Positions 37,124-50,324 of a DNA stretch of 64,000 bases are shown piece after piece. Positions within the stretch are counted from its first letter, which is position 1. Every line of letters begins with the position of its first letter. Below the pieces are notes generated by a model, which was given only the letters and a program-made list of their open reading frames with translations, did no database searches and had not been told where the DNA came from. The DNA comes from Azolla caroliniana (lineage: Eukaryota > Plantae > Polypodiophyta), in contig JBHGNT010000006.1 of assembly GCA_043228905.1 (NCBI GenBank), positions 2,728,001-2,792,000 of the forward strand, in the 5' to 3' direction. The position numbers were made by a program, and so were the translations under genes.

Positions 37124-37357
37124 CAATATTTCCCACGTATATGCCCTTCCATTGGTGCACCCATCTGTCATTATTAGTCAAGCAAAATCTGGTCATTATT
37201 AGTCAAATATTTCCGACGTATATGCCCTTGCGTTTGGTGCATCCATCTGTCATTATTAGTCAAGCAAAATCTGATCATTATTAGTCAATATTTCCGACCT
37301 ATATGCCCTTGCATTGGTGCATCCATGTGTCATTACTAGTCAACCAAAATCTGGTCC
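37124..37357. repeat. ~81-bp tandem triplication in the CCDC103 proximal promoter
   Basis: aatatttcc.ac.tatatgccctt.c.ttggtgca.ccat.tgtcatta.tagtcaa.caaaatctg x3; a single unit in the paralog (2815-2883). Confidence 0.9.
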
Positions 37358-37429
37358 AGAATGAGGGGATGCAATGACGTTGTGTGTAATTCATGCGATC
37401 AAACCAATGCAGCACATACATCTGATTCC

Positions 37430-37690
37430 TTTGAGATCGGGTTTAACTTGAGGGTATTTATTGTAGGGAAACAATGGAAACTTGGGGGCGTCCTCTCTTG
37501 TGTTCCCCCAAGTATATACATCTAGTTTCTCGAGACTCAGTTTGATGATCAAGGGTATTTTGTGGGGAAATAACGGAAAGTTAAAAGGCGTCCTCTTTTA
37601 TGTTCCTAAGTAGACCTAGTTTCTGGAGACTCGGTTTGATGATCGAGGGTGCTTTCGGGAAGTATGAAAACTTAAGAATGTCCTCTTTTG
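37430..37690. repeat. ~83-bp degenerate tandem repeat x3
   Basis: Recurring gagactc.gtttgatgatc.agggt...cgtcctct; shared with 3730-3985. Confidence 0.75.
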
Positions 37691-39060
37691 TATTCTTGTA
37701 TTTTCGTGGTGAGATTTGTTTTCCAAAAAGAAAAGAAAAGAAAGTAGATCAAGAGGAAAAGAATGGGCCCCATGCGAAAATGCATTCAACACTATTGGTG
37801 CATGTTGTGTATTTGTGAAACCATATTTCTTCCATTCCAACCACTAAACACCTAATCGGACTAAATTCATAGTATTTACATATTCATGGTGTAAAATATA
37901 GGGGTAGTGTCAAGAAAATACGCCTCATCTTATCTTGCATTCTCCAATCTTTTTGTCTCCTTCCACTCAAAGAGAGGGTTTATCTTCTTTTGAAATGTTA
38001 TGTATATTACATACCGTCTTCAAAAACACACAAAGGTTGTACACATAAAGTCGAAGAAATGAAAAGGATTTGTTAGGGAAGCTTGGCCTTGTTTCGACAT
38101 ATACGTTCAAACTTTTGGCTATAGTCGAAGATCCATGAATATAAATAAACTCTATTCTTTCATCGTTGAAGTGCTTGTTTAAGTCCATAGAGAATGTCAA
38201 TATACGGAAATCTTCCATCTCAATTACTATAATAACAATCAAGGACGAACTGTATTTCTTGCATGGAAGACTTGAATAGAAAATATTACCACTCAAATCA
38301 TTAAATATAAAATTGTACATCACACTCATATTGAAGCTAATGTTTTCATACACTTCATGAAGATTAATCATTTACAACAATTATGAAATGTGTGCCACAC
38401 TAAATTACAAGATTTAATTACCAAATGCTCTCTCATTAAGAAGTGTGCATGCACTGATTGGTCAAGTGTGAATCTATAATTAGAAAAAGTGAGTATGTCT
38501 TAATAAAAGCTTGATTAGCTCAGGAATTAACACTATGGGCAAAAGTTGTCATTTCCAAGTTCTTCGCCATTGAGGAATTGTAAAATACAAAAAGACTTAC
38601 CAAGGATTTCTGAGAATCATGTTATATGTCGAATGCTCAACATATGTTAGTTTCGATGAAATCTTCTATATATGTGAGAGCAAACATTGAGAGCCATAGA
38701 GAAGATCAGGAGCGAACTTCAATGGAAATTTTGAGAGCGATGAGTAGCTTTATGTATTTTATACAAAACATTGGGTGAGCAAAAATTCATTTGAAATATT
38801 AATAATGAATTAACGCTTCTGATATATACAAAACATTGGGGGCAAAATTTCGCGCGCAATGTTACCAAGGTTAATTACGCTGACAATACAATTTTTTCTT
38901 TTTACATTTGGCTTTCGCTCGATGGTTTCCGAGCATTCCGAAATACGACATAAAACACCACCAAAGTGTTTTCTTCTTCTTCTTACCCTTGTGGATATAA
39001 CAAGTGTGGCGATACGATCGATCGAGGAACCATGGCGGGGGTGGCATTCAGAGTTTTTCT

Positions 39061-40474
39061 CTAAACATTCTTCAAGACTTTCCGGATTTGCTCCAAGGTG
39101 AGGAACAAGACGACGGTGAAGGGGCCTTGGCGGGTGAGGGTGGGGAGGAAGCCTTTGTAGAGGGCGAGGCTGCCTTCTTGCTGGACGGTTTTCACGGCGC
39201 AATCAAGGGGGCTAGTGTAAGGCCGGGCGCATCCCGGCTCCACCTTCATGGTCATGATCCGAGTCCGCACGACATCGATCGGGTTGGACGCCGCAGCCGC
39301 CACCATGCCCGCCAAGAAGCTCGCGGCCACGTACAAAACCGCGCCTTCCCCGAACAACTGGCTCCTCAACAAGCTCTCCTTGATGTGGTCGTACGCCGCC
39401 AGCTGGCACGCCGTCACCACCATTGCCCTCTGCACCGTCAGCGAGGAGCCCGTCCACAGCGAGAGTAGCCCTTCTTGCTTCACCATTGTTGTCAGTGCAT
39501 CCATCACATCCTTGTAGTTCCTCCGCTCGCTCGGCGGAAGGAGACCATCTGCCTGAGCAAAAAGAAAAACCCATCCAATCGAGCTGATGAGGATGTGTAT
39601 ATATATATATACATTAAACATCTGTTGATTTGCTCGGAAAGGGCAACCAAGAATAGAGAATCTTAGGGTTCCCAGTTAGGTGTGCTTCTTGAAAGGCTTT
39701 TATGCTCTGATGATCATCAGTAAGGTTTTATAATGCATATAATTTTGTTATGGTCCAAGAATAGAGAATCTTAGGGTTTCCAGTTAGGTGCTTCGTGTAA
39801 AGCTTTTATGCTCTGATGATCTTCAGTAAGGTTTTATAATGCATATAATTTTGTTATGGCAAAAACTAATCACCACACTTCAACAGAACATCAGAATGAT
39901 AACTACAAGCCTTAATGTAGCTTCAACAGAAAGGATATGAATGGATTGTGGCGAATCATACAGAGAAACACACGTGAGAACCCTAAAATAGCAGGAATGG
40001 ATATGGATTTCGTACCTGCATTCTAACCATGGCGAGGTCTGCAGGGTTTCCAACGATGGCACCGACGCCACCCGCAATGAGTCCGGCGGCAACCTTCTTG
40101 AACACGGAGAGTCCGCCCTTCCTCGCAGGATCACGCCATTGATACTTGAGAAGCTCGTACAGACCCATCCTCGTCGTGGAATACAGGCTCTGCCTCAGAA
40201 TTGTGGCGGAGATCCCAGTGAAGAGGCTATGCAGACCTTCTGCTTGCACCAGGCGAAGGCCTACGGAGAAAGGATCTGTTCCTACACACATGGCTGCTGA
40301 AGACGCGGAGCTACTGCTGCTAAGATCTGAGACATTGAAGGAAAGGGAGGACGATGAATCGGATGCTTCCAGCTGCATCCGGACTTTGATGACATCGAAA
40401 GGATGAGTGGAGCATCCGGCGACGATGGAGGCGAGGCCACCTTCAAGGAAGCCTCGAAGACTCTGCATGCTCAT
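39061..40474 (-). CDS. DIC: Mitochondrial dicarboxylate carrier (DIC / UCP4-5-like, SLC25), ~316 aa; exons 40474-40016 and 39552-39061
   Basis: GFLEGGLASIVAGCSTHPFDVIKVRMQL, LRQSLYSTTRMGLYE, GNPADLAMVRMQ|ADG, RAMVVTACQLAAYD, SNPIDVVRTRIM, RQGPFTVVLFLTLEQ; three PxDxxK/RxR carrier motifs. Confidence 0.95.
39646..39859. repeat. ~108-bp tandem duplication in the DIC intron
   Basis: ccaagaatagagaatcttagggtt...ataattttgttatgg occurs twice. Confidence 0.9.
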
Positions 40475-40562
40475 TGTTGCACAGGGGAAGATTGAAGGGG
40501 GGAGGATGAAGCAGAGGAGCGTCTTCAGTGGCAGGAGAGGTAAGTAAGGGAAGATTGGTTAG

Positions 40563-40647
40563 TCTTCTTCTTCTGTTCTTCTGTTCTTCTGTTCTTCTGT
40601 TCTTTTTCTTCTTCTTCTTCTTCTTCTTCTTCTTCTTCTTCTTCTTT
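40563..40647. repeat. (TTC)n microsatellite upstream of DIC
   Basis: Direct reading. Confidence 0.9.
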
Positions 40648-43240
40648 CAGTCTGTGAGGTTGAAATGGAAGCTTCTTCTTCCTCTGTCTGTTTGTGTGTG
40701 TGTTTGTGTATGGGGGGCGGCTATGGCGAGACAGAAGAAATGGTTCATCAGGAATCAGGATTTTTAAGTTCCTTTCTCTTTTCTCTGTTTTTTCTTTTTG
40801 CTTTTGGGCGGAATATGTTGAAATAATATGCTCCCCAAGCAGAAGCATATGCCCACACACACGCATAAGATATTTCTCTCTCTCTCTTTTGGCCGGCCAT
40901 ATCATTCATCACTTCACTCTCTTCTTCTCTTTGGCCTCCCTTGAGTGTGTTGTTTGTCCTTCTTAGTTGTTGGGCCACGGCTCCTATGACCGTCCCCGCC
41001 CAACCCCGTGACTACCTGTCGCCCCCAAGAAAACCCAACCCCTACCCCTCCTTGTCCCTCTCAGACCCGTAAAAAGACCCCCCCGCCCCTACGTATTCCT
41101 CATATGATCCCGTCCCAATACACGACGAGATCTTTTGTTGAATGTATGCCTCAATGCCTTGGGTTTCAAACAAAAGAAGCTCAAGAATGCCCATAGCCAC
41201 CCATCTCAAGGGCCAAATATTCGAGAACTCCACATCAGACGCATGACGACTCGTATTTGATGGAGCGTCTCTTTCCAAGAAGCAGTGCATCCCTTTTTTT
41301 TGGACCGATGTTTGTCAACAATGTACTCCCATTGGGTCGTAGTTTGTAGGAATTTCGTTTGCACCATCCGAAAGGTGCATATACATTCCGCTCCTAAGAT
41401 ATTATTATGTGGCCCTCATCGATTCTTCAAAGATACGTGAGGAACCATGTAGCTCTCAAGTTGAGGCATCTGAAATATCTTTTGATGGCGTTGTGCCATG
41501 TGCATCACATGAGCATGGAATAGTATAACAATTTCTAGGCCACTTCTTCTTGTCCATAATCATTGGTTCCCCTGATTCTAAGGCCAACTTCTTCAACCAA
41601 ATATGTGGAAATGCATAAGAGGCATTTGAAATATTTGACTTTGTCTTTCCACAAACCCAAAGTTTCCATGACTGCATACTAAACAATACATTATGGTGTT
41701 GAAGCACTTTGCTAACCCATAACTTTTATCAATACTATAACGTTATACGTTGGATGTCCCTCGTAATTGTGAACACATGAGTGATTGCTAATACATTCAC
41801 CACCTTACCAGTATAGAAACAAGATGGAATGCTAATGCTTGTGTTTTGCAACTATAACGGGTGGGATACAAACTCTTATGCCACAAATGGGTCGGTAATC
41901 CTTTGAATATGTCTATATCCTTCATACTCATTTATCAAGTCAACAAACCATTGGAGCTAAGTATGCACATTCATTCCTACCCCTCAAACTCATGGGAAAG
42001 TCCATATTATTCTATTGTAGAGAATGCACAAAATATTCGATTGATAGAATCAATTGAGAAGACAAAGATTTGCATTACTACAAAGCGCTCGAGAGCAATT
42101 GTAGTGAAGGGTTTTATGCAATGGAAGATCTAGATTACAAATCAATGGTAAAGTGAATAATAAAGTTTTGAACTCTACAGCTTAAAACTTAAAGATTAAC
42201 TCATACACTACATTAGATGCCCGTAACCATAATATGTCGTGCATTATATAATGAGAGAGAGGGTCATTGTCTAGTTAAATCTTGACCTACTCAAACAAAA
42301 TGAGGACCTTGCGCTACATATTATGTAAGTATGTCTTGACTTGAGTGGGTCCATTATTTGACCTATATTAAAATTCGGGTCACAATCACTTTTCATCAAG
42401 TGGCAACCGTGCATTTGGAAAAGCAAGAGGGAGATGTTCATGACAAGTTGTCACGACGAAGAGATTAGCATTGAGGTTGCAACTCATCACATGAGCAATG
42501 TTTACCCTCAACTGGGCAAATGGGAGGTGTGTGGGCCTAAAATTGTCGTCCGTAGTATTGGTGTTAGACGAAACTGGTCGTGGTTAGATATAATCATTTG
42601 GGTCACAAGCAATGTGGGGATGGACAAGTTTTCGAGCAGCCCGCCAGAGGCCGGACAAAGGAGATTCTAGGAATGATAAGAAGAGCCCGAGCCCGAGCCC
42701 GAGATCGCGAGGTATGGACCCGTTGTCCACGCGGGACCATTGGGTGGCCATCGTCTCTATGCTAGCATCCAACGTTAAGAGAAAAGAAATAACGTAAGGC
42801 TAAGGAAAGGCCATGTCAGCATCCACGTGGCACAGATAAGAATGGTCAATCATCCACGTGGCGCTGTCTTTGTCTCTGTCTGCCTCACCACGCGTTTTTC
42901 TAAAAGAATTTTAGGGTTAGGGTTTTTGCTCTGCGCCGTCAGACTTTCACTTAATTTTACCACGGCGATTACTGCTTCTTTGTCTTCTACCTCTCTTTCT
43001 CTCTCTGTTACTGGTAGTAGCCGGTTCTTGGGTCGCAAAGGATCAGATAATTTCTCCTCCTTCCTTTTCTGTTTCCGTATTTTCCAGGTTCTGTTAATAT
43101 GATGTTCTGTTTTAGTTTCATGGTTAATGTGTTTCGTTTCAAGCTCTCTTTTTTTCTTTGTGTTTGTGGTATTGTTTTTCCTTTCTCTGTATTTTTCTCT
43201 TCTGTAATGGTGTTTATTTTTGTCTTGGTATTATTGCAGG

Positions 43241-45240
43241 AAGTTTACACTCCCGAATGTCAGAGCCAAAGATCACGTCGACAAGTACTCGAATAGGATA
43301 CCGTTGTTTCGCCTTCAATTTTGTCAGCGAATTTCTCAAGGTTGAAAGAGCAGCTACGTGAATGTTTCGTTATGATGTTATAATGAATTTGCTCATGGTT
43401 ATAATGTGAGAAGCGCACATGCGATATGCATCGGCATTCATAAGAAACGGGTTCATTCTTGAATTCTCATGTAATCTTGGCACATGTGTTACACATGAAC
43501 TGATGGATTGATATGAATGTACATGTAATCAAAGTGGCATCCAGAGAACCAATATACATGAATTGGTTACAGATTTTCCATTAAAGACTCCTGTACATGG
43601 CATGGTAGTAGATTCATAAACGTACGGGCAAGGTATGGGCTTCACAACATCATACATGAAGTGCTCTTTCCTTAACTTTCAAGGATAGGTTCTTGGATAC
43701 ACTAGCACCCAATTATTGATGTACAGGATATGGTAGATTCATGAATGCACATGGAACACTTGTGGCGTTCAAGGACTATGTATATAAATGAAATAGCAGA
43801 TTCACCTCTGAGAAATAATATACATTGTAATCTTTTGGCATTGAATGGCTCCTTCACATGAAATGGCAGATTCATGAATGCACATGTATTCCAGGACTCA
43901 TATACATGAAATTCTAGACTCATGGATGCACTTCTATTTAATACAAGGACATATACGTAAACTTAAATCTGGTCATATGTATAAGCTTTCAATGACATGC
44001 TTTTAAATCATACATGCATTGATGCTCATGGTATGAATCAAGTTCAGGTGAAAGCCGTCAAAGAAGCAGGCTGCGATTGGGTTCATATTGATGTGATGGA
44101 TGGGAGGTTGCTTCTGAGGCCAGTAACTATTTTTCCACTTGATGTGCATCTTGTAAGCTTTTTACTAACTTTCTCAGCTAGGTGAAAGGGTGTTTAGAAT
44201 TCTTAGAGAACCCCCTCCTAATATCTAAAATATCATGTAAACGATTTTTGAGCCAGACCAGAGAATGTCCCAGACTTGATTGAAGTTGCTGCTGACATTT
44301 TTAATGTGCATTGTGGGTAATCATCCACATAGGAAATTGAACCAGGGATATGAAATAATCCAAATGATAAAATGTTCTAGAATAAAGTGGATATGATGGG
44401 CAGGTTGTTATCGGTAGGCTAGATTATTAGATCAAGCGCTTAGGTGCAAAAGCAGGTGTTGTGTTCAATCCTGGCACACCATTGTCTGCATTATTCTTGA
44501 TGGTGGGCACAACAAGAGAGTAGATAATAATGTACATATTTTTTTCCCTTTATTAAATGGTTGATTTCATCAAGTATGGGATCTTGCAGTGGGGGGTTTT
44601 GTTCTCATCATGTCAATGAATCCTGGATTTGGAGGCCAAAGCTTCATTGAGAGAGATTTCAGATTGATGACGGATTTGTGCCAAGAGAGCAATATTCCTC
44701 TTGTTTTTACAAGATCTTTTATGTAGACATTGTGAGAGCCATGAATAGTAAACACTAGTTTGGCGCTTTATATTTTCTATGATGGAAAATTTAATAATGT
44801 ATACTTCATAATATGTGGGCCTGGGTCTTAATCCTTGGATTGAAGTGGATGCTGGAGTGATTCCTGCAGAAATGTACTAGGTACTCTTTCATTTTTGTTA
44901 ATAACTATATCAAATGCACTAGCAGGCCATCATATACAAATGCCACAACATTCTTGAGATTGCATTATGATTTTTCATTAATACATAGCACAATTCCAAT
45001 TACGTTTTATTTTTCTCTTTATTATTATTACTATTGGGTTTTGATTTTTCAGTAATATAGTAGCCAAATTATTATTGATACTGTGGTTGTATTTGTTTTT
45101 GAGTTGTTATTCAATAGTGCTCATTTTAGTGTGAAAAACAGATGGGTGCCATCGTATTTCCTAGACATAGAATTCTCATTTGAGGAATGTTTCACACAGG
45201 TGATTGAAGCTGTGCTTTAGTTGTAGGTCTGCAGTATTCG
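43241..45240 (+). pseudogene. RPE: Plastid ribulose-phosphate 3-epimerase pseudogene with introns retained
   Basis: Ordered exon relics: VDKYS..DTVVSPSILSANFSRL (43276-43345), [33 protein letters not shown] (44048-44152, FVPNITIG segment deleted), AADIFNVHCG* (~44290), IKRLGAKAGVVFNPGTPLSA (44431), VLIMSMNPGFGGQSFIE (44601), NPWIEVDAGV..Y* (44830), VIEA..LVVG (45200). Stops and frameshifts throughout. Confidence 0.9.
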
Positions 45241-47629
45241 ATGATAGTATAGTTCGTATCGGTTAACAATCTCTTCGTCAACTGCAGATCTGAAAACCTC
45301 TTATATTTTCTGGAAGGAAATATAAAACGCTGTGGTCATATTCGCCAAACTTCATGACATAATTTATAATCAATATACCAGGTGTTTCTTACCCTTTAAT
45401 CGTGATGAAACCAGCAACTTTTTGCATATTATAGGCCAATAGAATGATTTGTGATATAAATTGGTTTTTGTTCATTGGAGCAAAAATATAACTCCCAACC
45501 ATGTACGTTTTGCATATTAAAGGCCAATCAAATGATTCAGCGTAAATCAGTGATCTGAATCATTTTCAGTTTAGTGGAGGTGATCCATTTCCAAACTCTT
45601 TGAGTTGCACATGCAAAGTGAATGCCTTTATGATGAAGTTCAATCACACCCAAAGACCACAGATACAAATGGAGATCTCAAACAAGTGAAGGACATGTCT
45701 TTTGGAGCTCTGAAGAAATCGATCCATCATTTAATCCACCAGGATGTTTTAATTGGCATACAATAGGTTGGCTTGTTCAATGCTTTTTAACAGTCCACAA
45801 ATACGTCATGGTTCTGCCCAATCACAAACAAGTCTCCAACTGCATCACAGTTGTGCAAAATGTTGTGATTGTGGACAGTGGCACATCAAAACTTAATAGT
45901 TACTCTAATCACCACAATTGATGGCACGTGGATCGCCACACTCATTACTTCAAAGCATTTCGTCCGATCCCAATAGTAGTTGCAATAATTGTCAAAGAAG
46001 GGTCTTTGAATTTATACTTCCAATCAAGGCAAAGAGGTAACCAAACATTGAGGTGATAATCCTAAGGATGGTTAGAACTGTTGTTGTCACCACATTACGT
46101 TTCCTCATGTCACACATGGATAATAGCTTTGTTGGTAGACTTGAGCAATGGACTTGACAAGCCCATTGTACACACATCAATCAACGACAAACTAAATCAA
46201 GGACCAACTCATTGACCTGTGAGACTATGGTGGATACAAGTTTCATTTTACTTTATCACAAATATAGCCAATCTTGGGCAACTCTACATCCACTTTGTAC
46301 TCGTCGTTGATGATCCACACCAATTACCTACTTCACTCCCACCCAATTCCCTACATTGTCCTGCTATATCTTATGCCCATATATTACACGTAACCACCCC
46401 TTTCCCATATCCAAGAATGTGAAAGGAGCAAGAACAAAGAATGTACTCTCCCTTGCCAAGAATATCACACAATTCTTCGAAGATCGCTTTGCTATGTCTT
46501 ATGTAATGGTATATGTAGCACTTAGAATTGGTTTGAAGTCGTTTGCACAATCTTAGACAATAAGAAAAGATGTATCATCTTAGATAGTAGCAACGTGTAT
46601 CTAAAATGTACAAGTTTCATTATATCTAAAGATCAAACTACAAAGGAACAAGAATGAAGAAGGCAAGCCTATGCACAACTAGAAAAGGAACTCAAAATGC
46701 ATAACAAGTGATGAGTCATGACATATGGAATTGCTTCAAGTTTGAAAATTATATTTTGGAAATATAGAGTACATCGTTGGAATAATGGCTTGGGATTAAG
46801 TGATGTATCTCAAGATATAGATATTATATTTAGGTTTAAATTGTATACCTAATATTAATGGTAGTGTCATAAAATTTATATGACCATGCACTAGAAATAA
46901 TATTGGGCAAGCAAGAGTGGCATGTATTTATCATGAGGGCTTGGAAAAGTACATACGAGTAGGTAAGTATGAAGAATACAAAATATATATGTGGGTCGAA
47001 GTAGCATTTTGTAACTTAGATAAACTTTATATGAGATGTTGTTACATTCCTCATAGAGAATCCAACTATTATAATTTGTATGATCTAGATCATGATTATC
47101 CTTTTTTGACATATGTGTTGACATTCTTACATATGAGAATATCGGAAAGTGTTGGTTATCGGAGATTTTATTGTTAGAGTTGGAACTTATCAAAATATGT
47201 AAGTCGATAATAATGTGATGGTGTCAATTTGAAGGAGGACTTTCCAATGACAAATGTTTTGACATGTCTTCCAACCTCGAGAGGAGGAAGTGTCCTTTGA
47301 CTAGGTATTGGTGAAAGAATGTGATGCATCCATAAGGAATACATTCAATATTGGCCCATTGTCAACAGATTCCAACCACAAGCCTTTATACTCGCACATT
47401 GCAACAAAAAACTCACACATTCACCGATGCATTAGAGTACAAAATGAAAGAGGTACATAATGCGACCTTGCCATAGAAAAACTAACATATCTAAATGAGG
47501 TTAAGTTATATCATGAACCTCTCCCTTAGTAATGATGTAAAAACAAATTGGGAGCAAATGAAAGTTGTCATTACAAAGGTATCAAAATTTTAGTGAATGC
47601 GTAGGTGGACATTGGATGTTTAGTTTTCC

Positions 47630-49440
47630 ATGCAATGTTTGCTTTGATGAAGATTGGGTGGTTCATCTCAAAATGTTGAAGCTTTCAAAAGATAAAAATG
47701 AGAAAACCTTAACATTGTATCAATATCAAAGAAGATTGAGGAAGAAGAGGCGATACTATCAAATGCAAGAGAAGAAGAAAAGAGAAATATTTAAGATCCA
47801 ACCAAAGCTAGAATGGAGGCAACTCAAGTGAAAAAAGGAATATGAAGAGATGGAGCAATTCGTGCATAGCTTTATATGTATTATGGGATAATGCCTATGA
47901 CATTGAGTATTGAAACACAATATAAGGCATGTATGTCTATTGAAGATGTTAATTGAGGGGCAAAAATGTTGTATGATAGGCAAAGCGATAAATACAATGT
48001 TAATGAGGAAATGAGCTCTTTAACTTGTCAATGGATCACAACTATCATGGATCGAGTTATCAAAGGAGACTTTCTAGAAGATTGGCTCATGAATTGGATT
48101 AAACCAATCCAAAAGGAGGAGATAAAATTTTGGAAGCCAACTATCAAACTATCATGGTTTGCTCAGTTATGGCCAAGTTATATAGCATTTTCATGGAACA
48201 CAAGATTAGCTCATGGGCTAAACATTATCATAGATGCACCCACGGTCAAGTAGGCTTTACACCAAAACATTCAACTATCAATCATTTGATTACTTTAAGG
48301 GAAAATGTTATATTGTTGTTTTGTGGACTTTCAGCCTTTGACACTATAACAAGGAGTGAGCTTTGGAAAAGAATGATAGAGATTGAAATGCCATTAGAGT
48401 ATAGAGCAATTATAGCACGATTGAATGAGCAAGTTAGGTACCAATAGAAAATAGATATTGGTTTACTTTTTGAGCAGATGGGGGGCAAGCAACAATGCCC
48501 ACCCTTTCCCACACTTTTTATCTATGCATTGATAAACTAGAACAAATAGTGAACAAGGCTACAATAGAAGAAGGATTGGATGGCCCAAAACTCATGCATG
48601 AGCTTATTTTTATACTCCTATATGTTGATGATGTTTTATTCTTATAATTTGGAGGATATGCAACATTTGATCTATTGGACAGATTCTGTTAAATCAGCAA
48701 GATAACTATTAACATGGCAAAAACAAAAATGATGACAATAAAGACAATAAAAACAATAAAGACAATACAACCAAGACACTACCCCACCATTACATACAAG
48801 GGAGAATCAATACAACTAGTGCAAAGCTTCAAATATCTTGGCATTAATGCCCCATCAACAAATGCCATGAGTCTACACTTCAAGCGGATTGGAATAGTTA
48901 TTATATGTTCTAGAATCAATGCAACCATAGTGAATACTCAAGGATGGGACGCGAGATTGATGTTATTTAATGCTATGGTGCTCAAGTGTTGTTTTATGGA
49001 GTGGAAGTGTGGGGGTGGCACTATCTCACGTAGAGCAGGAAATGATATACATAGAATCCAAAAAATGTTTGTACGTAGACAATTAGGGGTAAAATCTTCA
49101 ACATCCTATCATGCCATGCTATTAGAAACAACTGATCGGCCCATTGACGTACTAGTCATGCAAAGACTATACAAGTATGTCACAAAAGTCAATAATATGC
49201 ATGATCATAGACAACCCAAAACAAGCTTGGAAAATAGAATGCAAGGTACAAAAAACTAATATTAGTAAAATCCTCTCATGTGGCTAGGTGATAGACATTA
49301 TAAAATGGTTTAAGAGACGATGAGTAAAAGATCTATTGTAGCTCTCAGGTGATGCTATGAAGTATGTGAGATCATTGAGGATAGATTACTAGAGACACTA
49401 AGAATGAAGTGTCAAGATGCTAAAATGTAAAATTTGGAAT
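47630..49440 (+). mobile_element. Degenerate non-LTR retrotransposon RT (RTE/L2-like)
   Basis: Fragments WIKPI, NYQTIMV..KLY, GQVGF..KHSTINHL, AFDTI.RSELW, KQQCP..PTLF, LLYVDDV, FKYLG; many frameshifts. Confidence 0.82.
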
Positions 49441-50024
49441 ATTAAACCCCAATACAAGAAAAAAAATGTCATAACATATCTGATCACATCTCGCTACCCC
49501 CATGAGCCTTGGATCTTGGATAGCCTTAAACACTTCTTCGAACTCACTCTCTCGGTATTTGGAAAAGCCACATTCATTCCCTTTTAATAAGGCATGTTCA
49601 TAATAGGCATATATTTATTTCAAAGCTACAAAGCCACTCAGTGGTTGCCATGCTACATATATGATGCCCCTTTCAAACAACACGTTCATGATAGGAATAA
49701 AACTATATGATTTATTAATAGGTGGAATTAGAGTTATGTTATTGTATTTGGCTTCCATTCAGGAAGTATATTGCTTCTTCAAGCATCTAGAACCATTTCC
49801 AGCAAACAAATTGTATATGATTTTTAATCATCTTTATACGGTCAATTATGATCAGGTTAGGTTATTTTAGACAATTTACATGCCAAATTCAAATTATTTC
49901 TTTCAGCAAGGGAAGATTTCTCTAGATTATTAAACTGGCTTAAATGAACTTGTCACTACCATGCGTCTCTCATTTTAGGTCTCAATTGTACCAGCCCATA
50001 TATCATTTTTTGTGGGTTTTCTTA

Positions 50025-50265
50025 TGAATGATTAGATTAAATAATAAATAAATATAATTAATAAAAAAAAGTTATATAATCCAAACTTCTTATAATGTTA
50101 CACTTGGGATGAAACTAAATATATATATATAATGATTAGATTAAATAAATAAATAATATAATTTAATCTAATAGTGATATCATGATTAGATTAAACAATT
50201 AATTAATATAATTAATAAAAAAGTTATATAATCCAAACTTCTTATAATGTTACACGGGATGAAAT
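50025..50265. repeat. Local duplication of an AT-rich unit
   Basis: atgattagattaaa... x3 and aagttatataatccaaacttcttataatgttacac x2. Confidence 0.8.
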
Positions 50266-50324
50266 TTAAAAAAATTGAGCACATCAGAACAAAATCTCTT
50301 TGTTCCCTTTTGCAGATGTCTTTA

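Noticed and set aside
37124-37690. CRISPR-like array
   Set aside because: Whole units are repeated with no unique spacers, in a eukaryotic context.
38810-39574. Overlapping alternative-frame and antisense ORFs at DIC
   Set aside because: Expected shadows of a GC-rich coding exon.
39700-39830. Intronic C/D snoRNA (TGATGA/CTGA motifs)
   Set aside because: The motifs arise within a short palindrome in a tandem duplicate, with no terminal stem or recognisable guide.
45600-46250. Possible SWIM/MULE transposase relic (similar vague relics at 41400-41750, 55700-56400, 59550-59850)
   Set aside because: Too degenerate to assign without a translated search.
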